Shown in pieces: positions 48,738 to 56,933 of a stretch of DNA of 64,000 nucleotides. The notes under the pieces are model-generated. The model saw nothing but the letters and a program-made list of their open reading frames with translations. It did not search any database and was not told where the DNA came from. The stretch is from positions 876 through 64,875 of the forward strand of contig CANJMM010000001.1 of the NCBI GenBank assembly GCA_947475765.1. Reading direction: 5' to 3'. The DNA comes from Legionellales bacterium. Lineage in GTDB: Bacteria; Pseudomonadota; Gammaproteobacteria; Berkiellales; Berkiellaceae. A program made the position numbers and the translations under genes. Within the stretch, counting starts at the first letter, position 1. The number at the start of each line of letters is the position of its first letter.

Positions 48738-50033
48738 ATGGCAGATCCATTCGCAAAACTCATCTTACCTGATCAAAAAGAAGCTATTCAACTTCCAATA
48801 AAAGAAGGGTCTTTAGGCCCCAAAGTAATAGACATTTCTAGCTTAAGTAACCATGGTATCTTTACTTATGATCCTGGCTTTCGCTCAACCGCTTCATGCG
48901 ATTCTAATATTACTTTTATAGACGGGGATTTGGGCATTTTGTTACATCAGGGCTATTCTATCGAAGATCTGGCCGATCACTCCGATTATCTTGAAGTATG
49001 TTATTTGTTGCTACAGGGCGAATTGCCTAATGCACAACAACGTGCAATATTTGAACATAAAATTAAAAATCATACGTTAGTGCATGAACAGCTGAGTAAA
49101 TTTTTTAATGGCTTTAGGCGCGATGCACATCCTATGGCCGTCATGTGTGGTGTGGTTGGGGCTTTATCTGCTTTTTATCATGATTCATTAGACATAAAAA
49201 ATCCAGAACATCGCGAAATTTGTGCCCTCCGCCTCATTGCTAAAATGCCTACGCTGGCAGCCATGTGTCATAAATATTCTATTGGTCAGCCTTTTGTGTA
49301 CCCCAGAAATTCGATGACTTATTCTGAAAATTTATTACATATGATGTTTTCGGTTCCTTCTAACGATGATTTGCCTAATCCTGTTTTAGTTAAAGCTATT
49401 GATAAAATTTTAATTTTACATGCTGATCATGAACAAAATGCCTCTACGTCTACCGTTAGGCTTGCCGGATCCTCTGGTGCCAATCCTTTTGCTTGTATTG
49501 CTGCTGGGATTACTGCACTGTGGGGACCTGCACATGGTGGTGCCAACGAAGCTGTTTTAAAAATGCTGCATGAAATTGGAGATGTCAAACATATCGGGAA
49601 ATACATTGAGCGTTCTAAAGATAAAAATGATACTTTTAGATTAATGGGATTTGGCCACAGGGTCTATAAAAACTTTGACCCTAGAGCAAAAGTAATGCGC
49701 CAAACTTGCCACGAGGTGCTTTCTGAACTAAATAAACAAGATGATCCTTTATTTAAAATTGCCTTAAAACTAGAAGAAATTGCTTTACAAGACGATTATT
49801 TTATTCAGAAAAAACTTTATCCCAATGTCGATTTTTATTCAGGCATTATTTTAAATGCCATTGGCATTCCGACCAATATGTTTACCGTTATTTTTTCTTT
49901 AGCGCGAACCGTTGGTTGGATTGCCCACTGGACAGAAATGATCAGTGCTCCAGGATTAAGTATTTCTCGACCAAGACAATTGTATACGGGTGAAAAAAAT
50001 CGGCCCTTTATTGCAATGCAATATCGAGATTAA
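48738..50033 (+). CDS. gltA: Citrate synthase
   Basis: [14 protein letters not shown] signature. Divergent from sdhC. Confidence 0.95.
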   Translation: MADPFAKLILPDQKEAIQLPIKEGSLGPKVIDISSLSNHGIFTYDPGFRSTASCDSNITFIDGDLGILLHQGYSIEDLADHSDYLEVCYLLLQGELPNAQQRAIFEHKIKNHTLVHEQLSKFFNGFRRDAHPMAVMCGVVGALSAFYHDSLDIKNPEHREICALRLIAKMPTLAAMCHKYSIGQPFVYPRNSMTYSENLLHMMFSVPSNDDLPNPVLVKAIDKILILHADHEQNASTSTVRLAGSSGANPFACIAAGITALWGPAHGGANEAVLKMLHEIGDVKHIGKYIERSKDKNDTFRLMGFGHRVYKNFDPRAKVMRQTCHEVLSELNKQDDPLFKIALKLEEIALQDDYFIQKKLYPNVDFYSGIILNAIGIPTNMFTVIFSLARTVGWIAHWTEMISAPGLSISRPRQLYTGEKNRPFIAMQYRD

Positions 50034-50094
50034 TTTAAAATAAAAATTAAAATAAAAATAAAACTTAAAATAAAAACAGAGTAGTAATTGAACC

Positions 50095-51066
50095 ATGACC
50101 ATTCTTGTGACAGGTGGCGCCGGTTATATCGGCAGCCATCTCGTAAAAGCTTTATTAGAAAAAAATTATGCTGTTTTAACGCTTGACAACTTATCTTCTG
50201 GTTACAAAAAATTTGTCTTGGGGGGAGATTTTATTGAAGGGGATATTTTAGATATAGCGCTTATCCAAAAAATTTTCAAAAACCACCCTATTCAATCTGT
50301 GATACATTTAGCGGCCAAAACCATTGTCCCTGAATCTATCGCAAAACCATTAGCTTATTATGAAACCAATGTTGTCGGCACTTTGAATTTACTTAAAGTT
50401 TGTCAACAGCATCAAGTCAAACAATTTATTTTTTCTTCTTCGGCTGCAGTTTATGGCAGTCCTCTTAATACGACGGTCACTGAAACAACGCCTTGTGCCC
50501 CCACCCACCCCTATGGCTTTACCAAATATGTCAGCGAACAGCTAATTCAAGATGTCGCTAAAACTTATGATTTAGATTTTGGGCTTTTACGTTATTTTAA
50601 CGTTGCAGGTGCAAGTCCCGATGGGCTATTGGGGCAATCTACGCCTAATGCGACGTTATTAATTAAAGTCGCTGCTGAAGTCGCTGTCGGAAAAAAATTA
50701 GCCATGCCTATTTATGGCACAGATTATGATACCCCTGATGGCACCGCCATTCGAGATTTTATTCACGTTTGTGATTTAGTCGATGCGCATATCTTATTGT
50801 TAGATTATTTAAGACAATATAAAAAAGCACAAATTTTAAATTGTGGTTATGGCTGTGGCTATAGCGTTCAAGAAGTGATTCGTACGATGCAAGCCGTTTC
50901 GGGAAAAAGTTTTAGTTTAAATTATTTACCGAGACGGCCTGGTGATTGTGCCAAGCTAATTGCCGATCCCGGTAAAATTATTCAAACCCTCAATTGGCAG
51001 CCTAAATATAACCGCCTTGAACATATGGTTGAAAGTGCTTATTTATGGGAAAACAGTTGCCGGTGA
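50095..51066 (+). CDS. galE: UDP-glucose 4-epimerase
   Basis: ILVTGGAGYIGSH and Y-x3-K (YGFTK). Confidence 0.9.
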   Translation: MTILVTGGAGYIGSHLVKALLEKNYAVLTLDNLSSGYKKFVLGGDFIEGDILDIALIQKIFKNHPIQSVIHLAAKTIVPESIAKPLAYYETNVVGTLNLLKVCQQHQVKQFIFSSSAAVYGSPLNTTVTETTPCAPTHPYGFTKYVSEQLIQDVAKTYDLDFGLLRYFNVAGASPDGLLGQSTPNATLLIKVAAEVAVGKKLAMPIYGTDYDTPDGTAIRDFIHVCDLVDAHILLLDYLRQYKKAQILNCGYGCGYSVQEVIRTMQAVSGKSFSLNYLPRRPGDCAKLIADPGKIIQTLNWQPKYNRLEHMVESAYLWENSCR

Positions 51067-52169
51067 TCAAAAGCATTAGGATATCCTAATGCTTTTGCAA
51101 CCGCTTGATGGGTAACCTGGCCTTCATAAATATTTAGCCCCTGTAATAAATAAGCATTATCTCTTAAGGCTTGCTGGCAGCCTTTATTGGCTAATTCTAA
51201 GACAAAAGGCAAGGTAGCATGATTTAAGGCAAAAGTAGAGGTCCTAGGGACTCCACCAGGCATATTTGTCACACAATAATGCACCACACCTGATTCTATA
51301 TAAGTAGGATGAGAATAGCTCGTAGGGCGGCTGCTTTCAAAGCACCCGCCTTGATCAATAGACACATCTATTAATACTGAGCCTTTCTGCATACTCGCTA
51401 CCATTTTTTTGGTCAAGAGTTTAGGGGCTTCTGCACCCGGCACCAATACAGCGCCAATTACCAAATCGGCTGTTAAAATAGCTTTTTCTATCGCTAAATG
51501 TGTGGCATAAACCGTATCGATTTTATTCGCGAATATCGAATTTAATGCGCGTAATCGAGGCAAAGATTTATCTATGACCACCACATGTGCCTCTAAGCCC
51601 ACAGCCATAGTTGCCGCGTTAGTTCCTACCACCCCACCACCTAAAATAACGACTTTAGCTGGCTTTAGCCCAGGCACACCACCTAATAAAATGCCTCTAC
51701 CCCCTTGTGTCTTTTCTAAACAATGTGCACCCGCTTGTATAGACATTCGGCCTGCCACTTCGCTCATCGGGGCCAATAAAGGCAAGCCGCCGTTTAAATC
51801 CGTCACGGTTTCATAAGCAATGGCCGTACAGCCACTTGCTAATAATTGCTGCGTTAATATTTTATTGGGCGCAAGATGTAGATAAGTAAATAAAATATGA
51901 TCTGGTTTTAATAATGCCGTTTCTTGAGACTGAGGTTCTTTTACTTTTATAATTAATTTTGCTTTGTCAAAAACCTCTTGGGCTGTTTGCACAATCGTCG
52001 CGCCCGCTTCACGATAATCGTTATCAGAGATATCAATACCTGCGCCTGCTTGCGTTTCAATAAAAACATCATGTCCAAAAGATTTTAGCTCTTGAACACT
52101 GCTTGGCACCAATCCAACCCGATATTCCTGATCTTTAATTTCTTTTGGAACCCCAATGCTCATGGCCAT
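51039..52169 (-). CDS. ald: Alanine dehydrogenase
   Basis: GVPKEIKDQEYRV N-terminus and NAD motif ILGGGVVGTNAA. Confidence 0.9.
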   Translation of the reverse strand: MAMSIGVPKEIKDQEYRVGLVPSSVQELKSFGHDVFIETQAGAGIDISDNDYREAGATIVQTAQEVFDKAKLIIKVKEPQSQETALLKPDHILFTYLHLAPNKILTQQLLASGCTAIAYETVTDLNGGLPLLAPMSEVAGRMSIQAGAHCLEKTQGGRGILLGGVPGLKPAKVVILGGGVVGTNAATMAVGLEAHVVVIDKSLPRLRALNSIFANKIDTVYATHLAIEKAILTADLVIGAVLVPGAEAPKLLTKKMVASMQKGSVLIDVSIDQGGCFESSRPTSYSHPTYIESGVVHYCVTNMPGGVPRTSTFALNHATLPFVLELANKGCQQALRDNAYLLQGLNIYEGQVTHQAVAKALGYPNAFDHRQLFSHK

Positions 52170-52180
52170 AATCTGCTCCT

Positions 52181-52210
52181 ATTTTTATTTATTTAATTTT
52201 TATTTATTTA
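52181..52210. repeat. Tandem 15-mer atttttatttattta x2 between the TPR gene and ald
   Basis: Two perfect copies read directly. The second overlaps the TPR gene stop. Confidence 0.9.
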
Positions 52211-54126
52211 ATCTGAAACCAATCAAACTTAGCATCACTACTAGTCTTGTTTAATGCCAACATTTCATTTGCCTGTCTGGCTAAAGCTAAAGATTTTCTT
52301 GAGTCGATTTCTGCGTACAACATGGCTAAATTATGTAAACTAAGATAATCTTCAGGATGGCTTTTTAAAATTTTTTCAAAAGCCAACTTTGCTTTTTCAA
52401 GATTTTTATCGTGTAAATACTGTAGGGCCAGTTGTTTATGCACGTCAATATAATCAGGATATTTCGATACATACTGCTCTAAAATAGCCACAGATTTTTT
52501 TGGCTGTTTTGACAAACAATAAGCTTTGGCTAAATTTTGAATGGCGCTAGGTGACTCTGGCAAAAATTGCACTAACTTTTGATAAACCGCGACTGCTTTT
52601 TGATATTCTTGGCTATTTTCTAGATATAAGCCCCCCAGTAAATTTAATAACCGAAGATCATTACCATGATGTTTTTCTAAATTTTCAGCCAGCAATAAGG
52701 CCAATTTTGGCTTGTCTTGTCTAAGATAAAAGCTCACAAACTCTAAACCTGGCTCTAAATTTTGTTTAAGATTTACAGCTTTTTCTAAGTATTGCTTAGC
52801 CGCATCCGAGTTTCCTTCAAACTCTTCTAATTTAGACCACAATAAAAATATTTTACTATCTGGCTTACATTTTTTTGAGGTATCTGACAATAACAATCTG
52901 GCTTCGTGGTATTTTCTTTGTTTAATTAAAATTTCAACCAAATGCACTCGTGCTGGCAAATAAATTTCATTTAGCTTAATTGCACTTTTAAAAGATTTTT
53001 CTGCTTTAGGATAATTCCCTTCTGTTTTATCTACTATACCTAATACATCATAAGAAAAAGCCTGATTTGGATACAAGTGCCTAAATTTTCCAGCTTCTTC
53101 TCTCGCCTGAATAAATTGCCCATGTTTCAAATAATAGGTGATTTTTACCAAATTCAACGGCATTAAAGTTAAGTTTGATTGCATTTGACTATAGTAATTC
53201 ACCAAAAGAGAATCTATATAGCCAAGATTATGTTGCCTAGCATTAGCAGGGGTTAATACGCTAAAGTCTGCCATAGTCTTTTCTTTTGCTTTTAATGCTT
53301 TTTCAAAAAATGTACTGGCACGATTAAAATCCCCCAAAGCAACATAAGCCGTACTTAAGAGACCTAAAAATCGATAATCTTCGTGTTTTTGTATCCTAAA
53401 TTTTAATTTATCAACAACTTCTTGAGGTTGATTCAGCATGAGCGACACTTGAGCAGACATCAAAGCAAGTGGCACTTGCATGATTTCAGTCCATTCTGTT
53501 TCAGGAACCTGATCTAATATTTTCTTAGCCAGATCAAATTGACCATTTTGTACATAAAAATGAATCAGCGAAATTTTAGGTGCAAGTAAAGCGGGTTGTC
53601 TCTTGATTAAATCTTGTCGTGTTTTTTCAGATTTCGGACTAAAATCTTTACTTGCTTGTGTGATATGATATAAAAAATCGACTATTTCATGATTAGGATG
53701 TTCAACTTGAATTTTAGCCATAAAATCTGTCAATTCTTGTATTTTATTATCCGCTAACCAAACACAACTTAAAGCAATTTCAGCTTCTAGATTTCCAGGC
53801 GTGAATTTCAGGGCTTGCTTAAAAGAATGGGCTGATCTATCAAATGATTTTTTCTGAAAATACCATTCCCCTTCGATTTGATAATACTCCGCTTCATAAC
53901 GATGAAGTTGATCAGATGGCCCTGTAATGGCGTGTATTAATTTTCGGGCTTGCGATAACCCTGCCCATGCACTTTGACTATCATTTTTTTCTAGCATGAA
54001 CCTAGCATAATTCAGCCAAGTAATAGGATCGTTCGGGGTTCTTACCTGATCTAAAGCACTTGCGCTCAGCATAATATGGCTAAAAAGGCTAAAAACAAAA
54101 ATCAAGCCTATTATTATTTTTTTCAT
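52204..54126 (-). CDS. Secreted tetratricopeptide-repeat protein
   Basis: Signal-like N-terminus MKKIIIGLIFVFSLFSHIMLSASA. Many 34-residue TPR-like units (A..Y...G.y..A...f.kAl). 4-nt overlap with the upstream activator gene. Confidence 0.7.
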   Translation of the reverse strand: MKKIIIGLIFVFSLFSHIMLSASALDQVRTPNDPITWLNYARFMLEKNDSQSAWAGLSQARKLIHAITGPSDQLHRYEAEYYQIEGEWYFQKKSFDRSAHSFKQALKFTPGNLEAEIALSCVWLADNKIQELTDFMAKIQVEHPNHEIVDFLYHITQASKDFSPKSEKTRQDLIKRQPALLAPKISLIHFYVQNGQFDLAKKILDQVPETEWTEIMQVPLALMSAQVSLMLNQPQEVVDKLKFRIQKHEDYRFLGLLSTAYVALGDFNRASTFFEKALKAKEKTMADFSVLTPANARQHNLGYIDSLLVNYYSQMQSNLTLMPLNLVKITYYLKHGQFIQAREEAGKFRHLYPNQAFSYDVLGIVDKTEGNYPKAEKSFKSAIKLNEIYLPARVHLVEILIKQRKYHEARLLLSDTSKKCKPDSKIFLLWSKLEEFEGNSDAAKQYLEKAVNLKQNLEPGLEFVSFYLRQDKPKLALLLAENLEKHHGNDLRLLNLLGGLYLENSQEYQKAVAVYQKLVQFLPESPSAIQNLAKAYCLSKQPKKSVAILEQYVSKYPDYIDVHKQLALQYLHDKNLEKAKLAFEKILKSHPEDYLSLHNLAMLYAEIDSRKSLALARQANEMLALNKTSSDAKFDWFQIK

Positions 54127-55082
54127 TCTACTTCAACTGCCCTGTTTTCTTGTATAATATTTAGTTCAAGTTTTTGTATTATGCTATAAAGTGTAGGTCT
54201 GGTAATACTTAATATTTCTGCGGCTTTACTCACATTGCCATGACTTATTGCAAATGCTTTTAAAATCACTTCTCGCTCTGCCCTTTCTCTGGCTTCTTTT
54301 AAATTTAAGGCACTGAAGGCATTTTGCTTCGCATTGAAATTTAAATCTTTGGAAGTAATCCAAAAGCCGTCATTTAAAATAACGGCTTGTTGTATTTTAT
54401 TTTTAAGTTCTCGAATATTGCCCGGCCAATCATAATCAAGCAAAGACACCATCGCCTCTGAGGTAAAGCCTTTGAATGTTTTTTTAAAGATTTGTTGATA
54501 ATGTTCTAATAATTTATCGGCAATATAAATAACATCTTGTCCACGTTGTCTTAAAGCTGGCAAACAAAGCACTAATTCTGCAATACGGTAATATAAATCT
54601 TCTCTAAATTGATACTTACTTAATTTTTCAGCTAAATTTTGATGGGTAGCACAAATAACCCTTACATTGACTGCAATGCTTTGCCTACCACCAATTCTTT
54701 CAATTTTTTTCTCTTGCAAAAAACGCAGTAATTTCGGCTGTAAGCTTAAAGGCAAATCCCCTATTTCATCTAAAAATAAGGTTCCACCAGTGGCCTGCTC
54801 AATTTTACCTTTGGTTTGTTGATGCGCACCTGTAAAAGCCCCTTTTTCAAAACCAAATAACTCACTTTCTAATAAATTTTCTGGGATTGCCGCACAATTA
54901 ATGGCAATAAATGGCCCTTTAGAATACAGGCTATATTGGTGCAAGGCATTGGCAATTAACTCTTTTCCTGTGCCACTTTCTCCTAATAGCAATACACAAG
55001 CAGAGACAGGGGCAATTTTAAACACTTTTTTTATCATTGCCTGCATATTTAAATCTTGAGTATATAACCCCTCAATATGCAT
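54123..55082 (-). CDS. Sigma-54-dependent transcriptional activator lacking an N-terminal regulatory domain
   Basis: 319 aa. Walker A GESGTGKE, GAFTGA loop and C-terminal Fis-type HTH GNVSKAAEILSITRPTLYS. Only 11 nt separate it from the upstream gene, which leaves no room for a receiver domain. Confidence 0.85.
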   Translation of the reverse strand: MHIEGLYTQDLNMQAMIKKVFKIAPVSACVLLLGESGTGKELIANALHQYSLYSKGPFIAINCAAIPENLLESELFGFEKGAFTGAHQQTKGKIEQATGGTLFLDEIGDLPLSLQPKLLRFLQEKKIERIGGRQSIAVNVRVICATHQNLAEKLSKYQFREDLYYRIAELVLCLPALRQRGQDVIYIADKLLEHYQQIFKKTFKGFTSEAMVSLLDYDWPGNIRELKNKIQQAVILNDGFWITSKDLNFNAKQNAFSALNLKEARERAEREVILKAFAISHGNVSKAAEILSITRPTLYSIIQKLELNIIQENRAVEVE

Positions 55083-55093
55083 GTTATTGTTAA

Positions 55094-56659
55094 CTATTCT
55101 GTTACTAACAACGCATTATCACGCATTTTTTTAAGTAAATCTTTACACAAGTTTTCTATATTATTTTTAATCTCTTCTGTTTGAGTAAGCTCTTCTCCCG
55201 ATGCTTGAACAAGCTTTAACTCACCTTTTGAAAAGTGTTCATGCATTTTTTCTAGTATTGCATTTATGTCTTTAGTGCCATCGCAATAGGCTAATAATTT
55301 TGACTCGACTATATTTAAAGCCACTAATTCATGCCTTTGATTGGTGACCACATTTTTCTTTTTAACTTGGTACCTGGCTAACTTTGTTGTTTTAGGTTTT
55401 TGTAATTTTCGATGTGTATATTGGCCGCTCGTTGAATGTAATTGCAGTAACCCTGCTAAAGTTAGTCGCATTAACCCCAGATCAAAATGAATGCTTTGTT
55501 TGATTTTATGTTCATCTTGCTCGCCACTTTTTTCTTTAGTTAAGGCAACCAATTTCTCAAAACTAATAGGCTTTCTGACGCGATCATGAATAATTTTCAT
55601 GGCAATTTTAGAAAGACGACTTTTTAAACTCAGCGTAATGCCTCCTCCAACAAACTGAAGTATCGTGCCTTCTTCTAGATCGGCTTCAGTGAGATCATTG
55701 CGCACTGTGCCTAAATAAGAAACATAAAAGTTTTCTATATCTTCAGGCTTTAAAGTACGATTAATTTTGGCATTTTTATGACATAATAAAGTGCATCTGA
55801 AACGCTGATTTCGGATAAAATCCATATACTGATTTAAGCGAACAATATCTGTAATACTGCCCATTTGAGCCGATACTTTTTCGGGTAAATTATGGGCAAA
55901 CATACTAGAAAGCTGAGTGTCAGATAAATAAGCCAAATCATGAGAAGCGGCTTTTTCCATAAACTCATAAAAATACATAGGATTATTTTCTTGCTCTAAG
56001 TGCTCATGCAATAAATAATGATCGCCATGTTGTGATAATAAATCTACTTCTGATTTTAAAAAATTTGCATAGGGGTTATTTTGCCCTTCTAAACTATCGA
56101 CCATAAATTTTAAAATTAATCTGGCCTGATCTACTTTTTGTTTATGTGTTTCAAAATTCTGACAATGATAAAGCATAAGCTCCCGAATACTTTTAACCAT
56201 ATTCCAACCAGGCAAGGTATTATAGCTAATATAGGCGATACCATTAGGGGTTAAATTATCTCTGCAGATAGCCAACATTTTATTTTGAACGTCTTTGGGC
56301 ACCCAAGAAAAAACACCGTGGGTAATAATATAATCAAACTTGCCATAGCTGCTGTCTATATCCATAATAGACTTATGTAAAAGGCTAATATTTGTTAAGC
56401 CTAAATCTCGAATTTGTTCTAGACCTTGTTCAATTTGCTTAACAGATAAATCAACGCCTACAAACTCAGCATCTCTAAAATTGTAGGCTAAAGGTAAAAT
56501 ATTTCCCCCAGCTGCACAACCCAATTCTAAAACTCGACAGTTTTTAAAGTGCATAGGATTCAAGCCAAACAACTTTCCCATGGTATACATGAGTTCAGGA
56601 TGTGTTTGGGCATACGGGTGACTTTCATATTGGGTAATATCGTATGAAAAAGTTTCCAT
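55094..56659 (-). CDS. Class I SAM-dependent methyltransferase with large C-terminal extension (PKMT-like)
   Basis: N-terminal YD..YES.PY...HPE...MGKLFGL then VLELGCAAGGN. About 300 further residues. As I recall, this resembles the rickettsial PKMT / methyltransferase-regulatory-domain architecture. Confidence 0.7.
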   Translation of the reverse strand: METFSYDITQYESHPYAQTHPELMYTMGKLFGLNPMHFKNCRVLELGCAAGGNILPLAYNFRDAEFVGVDLSVKQIEQGLEQIRDLGLTNISLLHKSIMDIDSSYGKFDYIITHGVFSWVPKDVQNKMLAICRDNLTPNGIAYISYNTLPGWNMVKSIRELMLYHCQNFETHKQKVDQARLILKFMVDSLEGQNNPYANFLKSEVDLLSQHGDHYLLHEHLEQENNPMYFYEFMEKAASHDLAYLSDTQLSSMFAHNLPEKVSAQMGSITDIVRLNQYMDFIRNQRFRCTLLCHKNAKINRTLKPEDIENFYVSYLGTVRNDLTEADLEEGTILQFVGGGITLSLKSRLSKIAMKIIHDRVRKPISFEKLVALTKEKSGEQDEHKIKQSIHFDLGLMRLTLAGLLQLHSTSGQYTHRKLQKPKTTKLARYQVKKKNVVTNQRHELVALNIVESKLLAYCDGTKDINAILEKMHEHFSKGELKLVQASGEELTQTEEIKNNIENLCKDLLKKMRDNALLVTE

Positions 56660-56745
56660 TTTTAATTCCTTGCCTATACTAAGGTCTTGTCTCTATATTA
56701 TATCAATATAATATTCTAAGTAATCGTTTAAAATTTAATTAGAAC

Positions 56746-56773
56746 ATAATTAAAATATAATTAAAATATAATT
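56746..56773. repeat. Intergenic tandem 11-mer ataattaaaat x2.5
   Basis: Read directly in the divergent spacer between the methyltransferase and the 854-aa ORF. Confidence 0.9.
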
Positions 56774-56829
56774 TATTATTATTAATAATTATTAAAAATA
56801 GTTAGCTAAAAAGATAATCTGTTTTCTCA

Positions 56830-56845
56830 TTGATTGATTGATTGA
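56830..56845. repeat. Tetranucleotide repeat (ttga)x4 upstream of the 854-aa ORF
   Basis: Read directly. Lies about 90 nt upstream of the TTG at 56934. Confidence 0.9.
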
Positions 56846-56933
56846 TTCATTCTTTCTTTATCATCCTGGCTAAATTAGCTTATAATGTCGATAATTTTCT
56901 AATTGTACGCCCCATAAAATAAGGATAAGACCT

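Noticed and set aside
53470-53480. TGGCAC immediately followed by TTGCA, resembling sigma-54 promoter elements close to the sigma-54 activator gene.
   Set aside because: The two elements abut with no 5-nt spacer, so the GG and GC are not 10 nt apart. The site is also inside the TPR coding region on the antisense strand.
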